In this document: one piece after another, positions 10,601 through 20,142 of the stretch
Numbering within the stretch: position 1 is the first letter of the stretch
Layout: every line of letters starts with the position of its first letter
DNA from: Naegleria gruberi
Taxonomy: Eukaryota
Assembly: GCA_000004985.1 (NCBI GenBank)
Contig: GG738931.1
Strand: one strand, 5' to 3'
DNA length: 64,000 nucleotides
Program-made: the position numbers and the translations under genes
The notes under the pieces: generated by a model
The model's input: the letters and a program-made list of their open reading frames with translations, nothing else
Databases searched by the model: none
Told to the model about the DNA's origin: nothing

Positions 10601-11640
10601 AAGTCCTGGTGTTCCACATCAATCCACATCTTATTTGGATTATACTTGTTTTTTGGAGTGACGAGGATAGTCTCGTGATTTTCAAAGTGTTTTGGATATC
10701 TTTTTTTCTTAGGTTTGTTCTTTTCGTTCAAGTATTCACATAAGATTGATTTTCCCTTGTCAATAATCTCGTTCATTGGCAGAATTTCAATTTCTTGTTT
10801 ACCACTGTTTGTTGTGAATTTACTCTTGGATTTTCCTTCATTATCATCCATTACTACAATATATTTTACAAAGTCCAATTGTTTTGTAATGCTGATGAAA
10901 AAATCGAGCATTTCTAAAGTACAAACGACAACCTGACTATCGGTCAGTTCAACAATATGTTTCGTCTCATCAAAAGTTTGGGCAAAGTGAATAGGAGCAG
11001 CCACAAATCCCTTGAAGAAACAAGCATAATCACACAAGTACCAATATAAATTATTCTTTCCACAAATGGATACAAATTGTCTCTTATTTTCCTCCCTCAA
11101 AGGTTTTAAAATTTCATCCAGTCCAACAGCAATACAACAAACCAAGTGGAATACTTGTTCATATCGAAGCCAATGATAAGGTCCGTCATCCTCTTTCAAT
11201 ATTCCAAAGCAAGGATTCATTGAATTTTCAATAAAACTCCGAAACAGTGTACTATTGACACGATCGGCCTCTGATCTTTGTTTGATTTCATGATAGTGAT
11301 ATTTTGTTGGTACAAAATATTCAAGATCCTCACAAAATGTTTCCAACCAGAGTTCTCTTTCCTTTTCTTCTGGTGTTTTTTCCTCATTGTCAACTTGTTG
11401 ATGATTAGGAGATGCATTCTTCCTTCTCTTCTTACATTTATCCCAACACCAATCGTAACACTTCTCGCACAAATCAGTTCCCTTGTCATTGGTATTGGTA
11501 TATCGGATTGTGTTTTCAATAACACCCAAACACATATTACAAATCCATCGATATGAAACCGATGTGACGGTGAAGTTGGTTGGTTTTTCCTCCACTTGCA
11601 GTTTTCCACGAGAGAATAGGGAGGTGATCTTGTTGAGCAT
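7666..11640 (-). CDS. NRPS-like carboxylic-acid-reductase-type enzyme: N-terminal ZZ-type zinc finger, ACSL-like adenylation (AMP-binding) domain, PCP/thiolation domain, C-terminal NAD(P)-binding thioester reductase domain (1324 aa, single exon)
   Basis: ZZ pattern: CNMC-x8-RY-x8-DLCEKC. Adenylation domain: core LVFTSGSTGQPKG (A3), FGMSEAG (A5), GELCVKT (A6), and the ACSL-like linker DRLKNIFKLSQGEFIAPAKIE. PCP: IDSLHAVKF Ser motif. Reductase: Rossmann LLTGSTGFLGAFIL and YSSTK catalytic dyad. Confidence 0.8.
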   Translation of the reverse strand: MLNKITSLFSRGKLQVEEKPTNFTVTSVSYRWICNMCLGVIENTIRYTNTNDKGTDLCEKCYDWCWDKCKKRRKNASPNHQQVDNEEKTPEEKERELWLETFCEDLEYFVPTKYHYHEIKQRSEADRVNSTLFRSFIENSMNPCFGILKEDDGPYHWLRYEQVFHLVCCIAVGLDEILKPLREENKRQFVSICGKNNLYWYLCDYACFFKGFVAAPIHFAQTFDETKHIVELTDSQVVVCTLEMLDFFISITKQLDFVKYIVVMDDNEGKSKSKFTTNSGKQEIEILPMNEIIDKGKSILCEYLNEKNKPKKKRYPKHFENHETILVTPKNKYNPNKMWIDVEHQDFILNRLEKDEDLLSLVFTSGSTGQPKGIMVSDKSLRREMHGFRAENPKVQFSFCPLAHMSDRKHTLLAMCDGARVGIFTRDFVHIFEDIQKVKPTVIASTPRLYNVLYDEYKKVYELEKTSWLSGISNQNEDRPKTERELEERVMKDFRNMLGGRLQSIIIGGASSSPQVREFLGKCFNCFVSDGFGMSEAGGIMNDNRLHSSVEYKLVDVPDMNYFTNDKPYPRGELCVKTKTMFIGYYKNEELTKNALDEEGWLHTNDIVEELGPRHIRIIDRLKNIFKLSQGEFIAPAKIEDALTTSKFIFQAFIYGNVSKSYLVGVIVPNQTVLKQFAIKEGLINSSSEELLSDSEKDLLKTNEKVKKVLCEEIEKVSVNCSLLPYEVPKDFIIEFESFSEKNDLLTSSMKVKRFGCEMKYKEELEALYEHLESINKRKLDEDLIRELLLNSQTGSAESDGNMKIIDSLHAVKFSGIMKQKYNIDVPLSLIFSQTDRNVDSVVSRVSDFVTKNQHDDVATVNSSHDWKKDILLPEDVLNDIIDLTSRGNTQFKKIADLKKGILLTGSTGFLGAFILRDLLEALEKAEENVKVYCIVREKNHQDDVFMRVKENLVEFKLWNDKYEKRISVVKGNLGDDNLGLTEEEFKKLAENIDIIYHNGAYVNSVMSYPQLFSSNTGSTLSLLKLACLSSKLNIQSGDSTLAPIVFVSTVGVLQSGLSLFGIPTSTSGISNKKDITDLINNHMDQVMRQLKPIIERANGYSSTKFVAEQYIQQARLLGYPGAIFRPGMIGSDTVNGVSNLIDWVNRLVMGCFEMNCFPKTNRTLNIVPVDIISRVIVQLTQNENAFVTDLHENPNYFIFELANLDKFVIHIDDLLSIAATTEAKLLKKEPMQNVTYQKWKQILNERNTKEENEMLLRLATLFKSDYEFPGSGDRLTNSHVHKVIQALSKLEDSECKALIPFKNLDQSYLAKQATFLVNSKTCH

Positions 11641-11777
11641 TTTTTTATGAAGATGAAAGTTTGTGATTGTTGATGGCTCAAGGATGAACCAGATAATGTG
11701 TTATTGTGTTAATTTTGTGATTAGTATTGCCATCATGTAATACTAATATTATTGAGTTTAAATTTGAGTTGAATAAA

Positions 11778-13283
11778 TTAAAGAATCCACATGAAGAGAA
11801 TCAAACAAGTGGAGACAACAAGTGTTGTCCAAAAGATACTCGACAATGAGTACAGATACTTCTTAAAGGTGTGATTCAATCCATATACTTCCTGAATGAA
11901 TGTGCTTACGGTTGTGAGGGAGCCACAAAATCCAACCGAGAATGCATCAATCCAATAAACAGCAACACCAGAGGTGAAACCTGAAACGTAGGCAGTACCT
12001 TGTAAAATAACCAAGATTAGAGAGCCAATGATATTGACAGCAAGTGTGAAAATTGGCATTTGGAATCTTTCAACAGCTTTAAATGTAATATTTAGCTTGC
12101 AAATTAAATATCTCAATAAACAGCCAAGAGGAGCAACGAGGAGAGTGAGGCAAAGACTTTGATCCAATGATTTTGAAACGTTCATAGCACCAAGCAGAAC
12201 AATAAAAACTGAAATGACAGCCATCAAAACTACAAACAAATCAACAGCCATTTTGATTGCTGTTCTTGATTTCCATTTGGCATTTCTAATTTGTTGATAC
12301 TCTTCCAGTAATTTTCTTTTGAATAATTCTCCATTACTCTCGGCAATATATTTAATTTCACCTTCTTCCAAGAGAATCTTTCTCTGATCCTCATTTGGAA
12401 TTGGTTCTACAATATCTACATCTTCAGCCAATCCAGAAGCAACACTCGAAGATGCAATTGAATTAACACTATTTTGACTTGTCATTGTGACCTGTTGTGG
12501 CGCCTTTGCATTTCCAAATTTCTTCCTCAAAACAGGAATCACAAAACTCAAAATTGCATTTGTAATATCCTTCGCAATTACAAATGCAAAATAACAAGTT
12601 GTAAAACCAACTACTTGCTTACTCACAAACGACAAGACATCTCCCTTCATTAAACTAATTGCAGCATTCACTTGCCAACTTGAAAATGTTGTAATGCATC
12701 CACACATCCCAGTCGATAGTCCAGTATATATCCTCTTCTCAAACGACAATGTTCCATGAAAAACTCTATGCAGAAACAACTTGACCATTCTCTTCTTTGA
12801 TTCCTCCATTCCTTCCAAAGATATTGCTGATGAATTATTACTCTTCACCATAATAGGAGTATTACTTTCACTACTACTACCATTATTATTATTATTAGTA
12901 ACCTTATTCTTTTCCAATTCAACTAACAAGGCCTTCTCCTTCTCCTTCAACTCTTCCAAAGGCTTTTTAATAAAGTGCAAATGAATGACCATTAAAACTC
13001 CCATGATGAAGCAACCCACAATATTTGCATACAAATCGGAGAAGAATAAATCATCAATGGATTGAACGATATTACCATTGGATGATGTCGATGGATTCAT
13101 AATATTGTTATTATTGCTATTATTATTGGAGGAGGAGAGGGAAGGCTTGTAGAGAGTGTCGGAGAGAAGAATTCGAATTAAAACACCAATCATGCAGAAT
13201 ACGATGAGGTAGGCAATGTAGAGTAAATGTTTGGATAAATTGATGGCAAATTTGAAATTTTCTTTGAGTAGTTGCATTGTCAT
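11778..13283 (-). CDS. FEX: fluoride export protein (eukaryotic FEX, two tandem CrcB/Fluc repeats) with a long low-complexity cytosolic loop
   Basis: CrcB signature GMCGCITTFSSW in repeat 1 and GFCGSLTTVSTF in repeat 2. Multiple TM helices. ATG at 13283. Confidence 0.7.
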   Translation of the reverse strand: MTMQLLKENFKFAINLSKHLLYIAYLIVFCMIGVLIRILLSDTLYKPSLSSSNNNSNNNNIMNPSTSSNGNIVQSIDDLFFSDLYANIVGCFIMGVLMVIHLHFIKKPLEELKEKEKALLVELEKNKVTNNNNNGSSSESNTPIMVKSNNSSAISLEGMEESKKRMVKLFLHRVFHGTLSFEKRIYTGLSTGMCGCITTFSSWQVNAAISLMKGDVLSFVSKQVVGFTTCYFAFVIAKDITNAILSFVIPVLRKKFGNAKAPQQVTMTSQNSVNSIASSSVASGLAEDVDIVEPIPNEDQRKILLEEGEIKYIAESNGELFKRKLLEEYQQIRNAKWKSRTAIKMAVDLFVVLMAVISVFIVLLGAMNVSKSLDQSLCLTLLVAPLGCLLRYLICKLNITFKAVERFQMPIFTLAVNIIGSLILVILQGTAYVSGFTSGVAVYWIDAFSVGFCGSLTTVSTFIQEVYGLNHTFKKYLYSLSSIFWTTLVVSTCLILFMWIL

Positions 13284-13546
13284 TTTTTTTAAATTTTGTG
13301 TTAATTAATTAACTTAAATATTAAATACACAATATTATTAAATATTGTAAACAGTCAAGTCATGAAATCTGCATTTATTTTTCCTTAATAAACTTTGTAA
13401 TCAAACATTAACATCTCTCTTTGCTCTTCCAAGTTCAACACGAACATCACCGAACCAAGTTCTTAATTGACCAAAAAAACAACTTTCAATACTTACTGTA
13501 TCGAGAACTTCCTCAAACACATCAAACATAACACACAAGAAAAAAA

Positions 13547-14674
13547 ATGGCTCCAAAACGCATCACACAATTCTCATCACTTCCCTACGAAATTTATCAA
13601 CACATTTTATCGTTCGGAGTGAGTGATTCCGAATTATTGCTGAAAAAGAATTTTTCGAGTGGGAGTAGTGAAATTCAATCCTGTGTACGATATGTGGCTA
13701 ATTTTCAATCATTGAATAGGAAGATTGCTAGTATGCCAGAGATGGAACGATATTTTGATAGATTTTGGTGGAATGTTTGGGAGATTTGGTTTGGAATTAA
13801 TCCATCTTTGGAGAAGGAGTTTAGTTTATTGAGGGAGGAAATGATTCTAAAGAGAGAATTGAAGAGGAAAGTGCTGATGGCTGCATTTATAAAGTTTCAC
13901 ATTTGGAGAAGAATTAAAAATTTGAATGGAATTGATGAAACTAAAGTGGTAATGATTGGAAAGGGAGGAGTAGGTAAGAATTTAATAATTTTCTGTTAAT
14001 AGGTTAATTATTTTGAAATAGGAAAGTCTGCAATGACAGTGAAATATATACAAGATTTCTTTATTGAACAATATGATCCAACAATAGAGGGTGTTTATAG
14101 AAAACAATTGTTGGTTGATGGTTTTCCTACATTATTTGAAGTTTTGGACTCGGCTGAACATGAATACAGTGTAAGTTCTTTAGAATAATGCCATTCTAAA
14201 CTAATTAAATTTATCAAGTCCGCGAGAGATCATCATATGAGATATGGAGAGTGTTTCGTTCTTGTTTGTGATTTGGCAGATATTAATTCAGTGGAAGAAG
14301 CCGAACCACTTGTAGAACAATTAGTAAGAGTTAAGGACTTTGAGGAAAATAGCTTTCCAGTAGTATTTGCCTTAAATAAGGTCGATTTACTGAATGAAAC
14401 AGATCGACCAATCACCATTGAGAAATTTACTAACCAAATTGCTACCCTCATTAAACAAACTCAATTGACCAATACTTTCATTATTGAAACAAGTGCCAAG
14501 ACGGGAGAAAACATTACTCGAGTATATGAAGAATGTGCAAGACTAAAGAGATATGGATCAGTTGATAATCTAACACTCCTGAAAGAGGTTATTCAACACG
14601 ATTCTGCATTCATTGAAACTTGTAAAAAGCAGAGAAAGTTGATGAAACAATCGAAAAATTGTTCTGTAATGTAA
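13547..14674 (+). CDS. Ras-like small GTPase with a ~130-aa N-terminal F-box-like extension and a C-terminal CAAX box (CSVM); 3 exons 13547..13973, 14022..14170, 14219..14674 (343 aa)
   Basis: Two 48-nt GTAAG...AG introns split the P-loop (GKGGVG|GKS) and follow switch II. G1, G4 (NKVD) and G5 (ETSAK) are intact. G3 is DSAE instead of DTAG. The N-terminus LPYEIYQHILSF is F-box-like. Confidence 0.7.
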
Positions 14675-14720
14675 AAATGTTGCTTAATAAAATTGTAGAT
14701 ATATATTTGTTTCGAATAAT

Positions 14721-16133
14721 TTATGAGATTTCAATCATGAATAGGTATTGCAAAGAAGAAATGGTACGCTCCTCACTTACTATTTCCCTTTCAACTAGGG
14801 TGGGATTTTGAGATTTTGTTCCAATTGACCTAATCACAAAATCATACCATTTAAACGGTTTGAAATTGGATTTCTTTTGAGATGTTTGTTTGACATTCAG
14901 CTCATTGAAAATATCAAAATCTTTTACCATTTTCACGAAAGAAAATTCTCCTTTTTGCAATCTTCTAAACATTCTTTCATCAACATGGCTCAATAAAGTA
15001 CCAATTCGATTCTTATACTCCACAACTATGGAATTTTTCTCAAAAATCTCCAATTGATTCGTATAATTAACTTGATGCCATGTTGCATCAGCAAGTCCAA
15101 ATCTTTTTGCAATTTTCAAAATATTCCAAAATATAAATTGTAAAATATTCATCTTTTTCTTTTCATTTCCAATAAGAGTTAAAACATTTGATGGAATTTG
15201 CAATTTTTCATTCATTGGAATGAAATAATTTCCAAATAATAATTCGATTCTTTCCCAATTTGGAAAATTGTTATTCTTAGGATCGAATATTGCATAATGG
15301 AATAGATCTCCTCTTTTAATCCAAGATAAATCAACTCCCAATGTTAGTGAGCAGTTCATTAAATAATTATTGGCCTTTCTAATAGAATTAATCTTTCTCT
15401 TTTTCGGATACAACAATCCACACATAGAATCATACGTATAACTAAAGCAATTATCTGTTCTCTTTACCAAAACTTGATTATTGTAAATGGAATTCAAAAC
15501 TAAATGATACGGAACTTGAATTTGAAGATTTTTCGAACAAAACAAGAGATGAATTTGTGAGATTCCAATAGATTTCAAATTTTCTGCATAATTATTCAAA
15601 GGTTCTTGTAATCTGTGCAATCCAATCAGAGACAGAGTGATGCAGTATTTCTGAGTCAATTTTGAAATTGTTAATTTTCGAATATAATTATCCGAAATTA
15701 TTTCTGCTTTAGTATTCAACTTTGCATGATTAGTTTCAATGACTAACCATTCCAAATTATCAAGATAATAAAATCTTTTCAACATTTCAATAGCAGATTT
15801 CGAATTTTCCAAATACGAATTTGTTCGAAACTTGATCCAATCCTCCTTTTCCACAAGTTTAAAGTCATCAAATTCTACCTCCTTTTTAACTAAATCAGTT
15901 CCGAAATAACCATATACTGTTGGTATTTTCGAATTACGAAACCTTTCCACTAACACTTGTTTCTGCATTCTTTCAATCTTTTCGAAACAAACCGAATTTA
16001 TTCTCTTAAATTTCCGCTGATAGAAATAGGGAAGAAATGACACAATCTCACACAATAAATCCTCATTGATTTGACGCATTTTTTTTTTATTTATTGTTAA
16101 ATTTTGATCAATTCTGAAATGCTTGAATTTCAT
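14721..16133 (-). CDS. F-box-like protein, 470 aa, single exon
   Basis: ATG at 16133. N-terminal INEDLLCEIVSFLPYFYQRKF is F-box-like. No other recognisable domain. Confidence 0.5.
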   Translation of the reverse strand: MKFKHFRIDQNLTINKKKMRQINEDLLCEIVSFLPYFYQRKFKRINSVCFEKIERMQKQVLVERFRNSKIPTVYGYFGTDLVKKEVEFDDFKLVEKEDWIKFRTNSYLENSKSAIEMLKRFYYLDNLEWLVIETNHAKLNTKAEIISDNYIRKLTISKLTQKYCITLSLIGLHRLQEPLNNYAENLKSIGISQIHLLFCSKNLQIQVPYHLVLNSIYNNQVLVKRTDNCFSYTYDSMCGLLYPKKRKINSIRKANNYLMNCSLTLGVDLSWIKRGDLFHYAIFDPKNNNFPNWERIELLFGNYFIPMNEKLQIPSNVLTLIGNEKKKMNILQFIFWNILKIAKRFGLADATWHQVNYTNQLEIFEKNSIVVEYKNRIGTLLSHVDERMFRRLQKGEFSFVKMVKDFDIFNELNVKQTSQKKSNFKPFKWYDFVIRSIGTKSQNPTLVEREIVSEERTISSLQYLFMIEIS

Positions 16134-16312
16134 TGTAAAACAATTACAAAAGATTTTTTCACTGTATTCTTGATCATGATTGGATAATCAAGTTCAGTGA
16201 ATTTCCGAATACAATTACTAGGGAATAAATAATTCGATCTTTCATTAAGCTTCACTAAATTTCCTTATTTACAAGTAGAGGAAATATAGTTAATAAGGAA
16301 AGTAATTTTTAT

Positions 16313-17757
16313 TTAAACCTTAATAAGAGAAGCAGATACAGTAGAAGCTTGATTGAGTCCACTGATAGCATACAATGTATGCCAACAATTGCTAGCTGGC
16401 CAAGTGAATACGAAACTTTGTCCATTATTAAGAGCTCCACTATTGATTACCTTTGTAGAATTATTACAATCCAAATTGAATGAAAGACGCAATTGACCAC
16501 CTCCTGTTGTAATAGCAGTGAGATTGTACGATTGACCAGCAATTGGCTTGGCCCATTTCAACTTGGCAAAACCAGTTCCATTACTATTGGTTTGAGTAAC
16601 ACGAGCACTCTTAGATGGGAAAACTACAGCTTGTTTGTAAGTATCAAAAACTCCCAAAGCATCACCAGATTGCAATGTCCATGGTCCTCTCATTGACAAC
16701 AAGTTTTGATTTTGTGTAAAAGTAACTGGTTGACCATCACCATTCAACCAACTGGAGGCACTAACAAGAGGACGTAAAGCAGCTCTAATAGTTTGCAATT
16801 CACTGGCTGCGGTGTTACTCCAACCACCAGGAGGATGCAATGAGTAATTGGCTCCAATTTCAACATAGATTGCATATGGAGTTCCATAATTTCTATCCAC
16901 AACTCTGGCTCCATAAGTTTTCAAAGTTTCGGCAACTTTTCTAAGCTTTTGAGTGGTCAACTTGGAAACATTGAATGAGGAAGGGAGCATTAACAAACTA
17001 CCTTCTGGAATTGCTCCAGAATTGGTTGTGGCAGCATCACTATCTGCAGAGGTGGCTGGGAAAACATAAGTATTACTTCCATTAGCAAGAGCATTGTAAG
17101 TTAGGGATAAAGCCAATGCATGTCTGTACATGATATCACCATCATCAACTTCGTGCTTTCTAATAATTCCTGCAGAGCTGACGATACCAACGGCACGAGC
17201 ACCCTGATAGTAATGAGCTGGATCACCCCAACCAGTTCCATCCAAAGCAGCCCATCCATAGAGAGTAGCTCTCCAAACACCTGTTACATTCTTGAGTTGC
17301 CAGAATGAGTGAATAACCTTTGCAATTGGATCCTACAAAAAAAAATATTCGAAAGTTCAATATGTTAAATATGACAAGAAAAACTTACAAAAATTTCACA
17401 ATGTCCATCAGATCCAGTTGCTGGAACTGTATTAGCTGGCCAACGTGGAATTACCATACTAGTAACAGATCCACCAATATCAACATTCTGAATACCAACA
17501 GTTGCTGAAGGTCCGTAAATGGTCATTGGTTGATCAGTTGCTGAGGCAATAAAGACACCAGTTGAGTAAGCACCTGCTTGGATAGCTGGGAAATAAATTG
17601 AAGTTGGAACTGTGACACCTGAAAGAATTGGGTTGACTGGACGACTATTCCACAATGAGTTGACTGAGAATGGTTTGTTGACCGTTCCCCATTGTGCTGC
17701 TACATAACTTGCAGCAGCGAGATAGCAAAGAGTAATAGCTAGGATTACTTTAAACAT
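16313..17757 (-). CDS. secreted hypothetical protein, 2 exons (17757..17389, 17332..16313; about 463 aa)
   Basis: ATG at 17757 with signal peptide MFKVILAITLCYLAAASYVAAQ. Exon 1 ends at a GTAAGT donor. A 56-nt intron ends in TTTTTTTTTGTAG. The phase is continuous into the downstream ORF. Confidence 0.55.
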
Positions 17758-18436
17758 TTTGATTTTTTTTTGTTTCGAATAAGGTTTAGTTTGTTTAACA
17801 ATGATCTTTTTAAAGGGTTTGGTTTGTTACAGGTTCGAATAGATTACGAGACATAACAAAGCACGTTCTAGTGTGGAATGTCAACTTGAATTAAAAAGTT
17901 TAGTGTATTCACAAATCATTATTCGAATTAGTATGTTGTCAATCATTGAAGAGCTCATGATATCTCGAACGGTGAATAAAAAGCGAAAACCATACATGAA
18001 TTTCGCAATGTTAAATAATCCACGGTTGTGTTGGATTCGGCAATTTGTATAAAAAAGTTGTAAACTTTGCAATTCTCTTGAAAAAGCATTTGTAAATTTA
18101 TCAAACCTTATCAAAGGTTTTTCAATGAACTGGAATGTACGTAGTATGAAAAGTTGTAGTCTCCCAGTTTATAATATCACGACTACGGTAGAATATTGTA
18201 ATGGTTGAATTGAATTTATTAAAATTTTAATATTCAGTAATCGGATGGTGATTTCCAAGTAAAGTAGGTTGTAACAAGATGTTTCAACGATTGTAAACTT
18301 GAATTGACTTTTGAAGAAGGTATCAAGAATTTACAAAATGATCCAAATATCAAGTTCACGAATTTAAAGAAACAACTTTCAATACTTTACAATAAATTAA
18401 TTGTATTATTAATATAAATTAAAGTTCAAAAAAAAA

Positions 18437-19396
18437 ATGACACAACACCAAACCAAAGGACTTTTTCGAGTTCATCATCATTCAAATGTCATTTCTGTCT
18501 TGACACAAGTATTGTTACATTTAGATCCAATCATGAATAGATACAATAATTATAACATTAATTCACATTCGTCTAAAATAGAAAGTGAAATGTTGCAAGC
18601 TTTTGATTCAATTGGAAGAAAAGTGTGGAATAATCAAGAATTGGAAATTGATATTTCGGAATTTTATTCTTTTTTCTCATTGGAAACTTGGGACAAATTT
18701 ATTGATCTTGAAGAAATGTTTCAATTTACAATAACAAATTGTAAACTATTGAATCAATACTTTAATACAACTGAGAAACGAACAACCACTTTTGAAATTT
18801 GTCCTACCTGCCAAATAGATTATGGAAAGAAGGAGAATATTTCAAATTATTGTACATTTATCTATTCGAAAGATAAATGGAAACAATTTAGAGAAACTAA
18901 TGAGATTTATCAAGATCCAATTCCATTCATAAAGGGATACCACTGTACAAGTTGTTATTCATTCCTTGAGATTATGCTGAAATCGACTATAATTGAAGCT
19001 CCTGAAATATTGCTCTTGAAATTACACTCTTCAATTGAGAATAACTATTTTTTATACGAATTTAATGTCCATGAACATGTTAAATTATTAGTAGACGAAT
19101 CGATTGACAATTCACATCATCAGGAATATGAGCTAGTTGCCGTAGTTGACTATTATAGAGAAAGAGGAATTTATGGAGGATTTTTCAAAAATCCAATGAA
19201 TAGAAGGTGGTATCAAATGAATGCTCATTCCATTGATGACTTCCCCAAACTGGTTGAAGATTTGAGTTGTATCAATTCAACCTCAAATTTTATTCTATTC
19301 TTCCAGAAAACAGTGGAAAGGAAACCAATTTATTGGAAATCTGTGTTATCCAATCGATTTGTATACTGGGACGTTTCATTTAGCTTCACTGAATAG
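18437..19396 (+). CDS. catalytically inactive USP/UCH-like (peptidase C19 fold) protein, 319 aa
   Basis: A degenerate Cys-box (GLFRVHHHSNVISVLTQVL, where consensus is GLxNxGNTCYxNSxLQ, with Cys replaced by His). Zinc-ribbon CPTC...CTSC is present. A His-box-like YELVAVVDYYRERGIYGGFF is present with His replaced. Assignment rests on motif recall only. Confidence 0.4.
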   Translation: MTQHQTKGLFRVHHHSNVISVLTQVLLHLDPIMNRYNNYNINSHSSKIESEMLQAFDSIGRKVWNNQELEIDISEFYSFFSLETWDKFIDLEEMFQFTITNCKLLNQYFNTTEKRTTTFEICPTCQIDYGKKENISNYCTFIYSKDKWKQFRETNEIYQDPIPFIKGYHCTSCYSFLEIMLKSTIIEAPEILLLKLHSSIENNYFLYEFNVHEHVKLLVDESIDNSHHQEYELVAVVDYYRERGIYGGFFKNPMNRRWYQMNAHSIDDFPKLVEDLSCINSTSNFILFFQKTVERKPIYWKSVLSNRFVYWDVSFSFTE

Positions 19397-19597
19397 TGTG
19401 ATATTTAAAGATTAATTCCAAATTTAACTATTCATGTTTTTGTGCCGTTTCCATTTAGGAAGTAACCAAAAAGTAAATTAACCAAACATTTTCACATCTA
19501 TTTAAATGTTACCATATTATCACTCCTCTGTACAAATCAATTTCAAAAAATCAAATCCATTTCGAATCCACACAAACGAAACTATTTATTCACAAAA

Positions 19598-19930
19598 ATG
19601 CAAACCAGAAGTCATGATAAGAACCTCAATCAAGATGAGGAAAATCTCGAAGTTCGTGACATGAAGCATGGCTATGTTGCTGGCGATTCATCAGAGACCC
19701 TACCAGGTGGTAGAGAGAAGGGACCTCGTGAACACTTTGAAGAAATCTGCCGAGATGAAAACTATGAAATTGAAAAGCATCATACCAATGTCAGAGGTGA
19801 CTATACTGTCGTCTTTAAGCACAAGTATGGTGGTAAGGATCAAACTTTCCCTAATATTTCAAGAGAGAGAATTGAGAATATGCCATCAAGAGTTAAGGAT
19901 GTCATCTTGAAGAAGAAGTCAATCTATTAA
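19598..19930 (+). CDS. small hypothetical protein, 110 aa
   Basis: ATG-initiated ORF with genome-typical codon usage and an A-rich 5' context. No domain recognised. Confidence 0.35.
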   Translation: MQTRSHDKNLNQDEENLEVRDMKHGYVAGDSSETLPGGREKGPREHFEEICRDENYEIEKHHTNVRGDYTVVFKHKYGGKDQTFPNISRERIENMPSRVKDVILKKKSIY

Positions 19931-20142
19931 GGATGTGTATGACAAATCTATCATATGATTAGTTAGAATAATATTAAAATCTTTGTATATATAAATTGTA
20001 AATAAATAATTCAAATAATTGTGAGAATTTTTTATTCTATAATTTCAAATTTGGAAAGCCAATTTGTTTTTCAAAATGTTTGATCCATTCCAAACACTGT
20101 TAATATCCATATGTCAATTCCTTGAATAATTGGCCTCCTATC

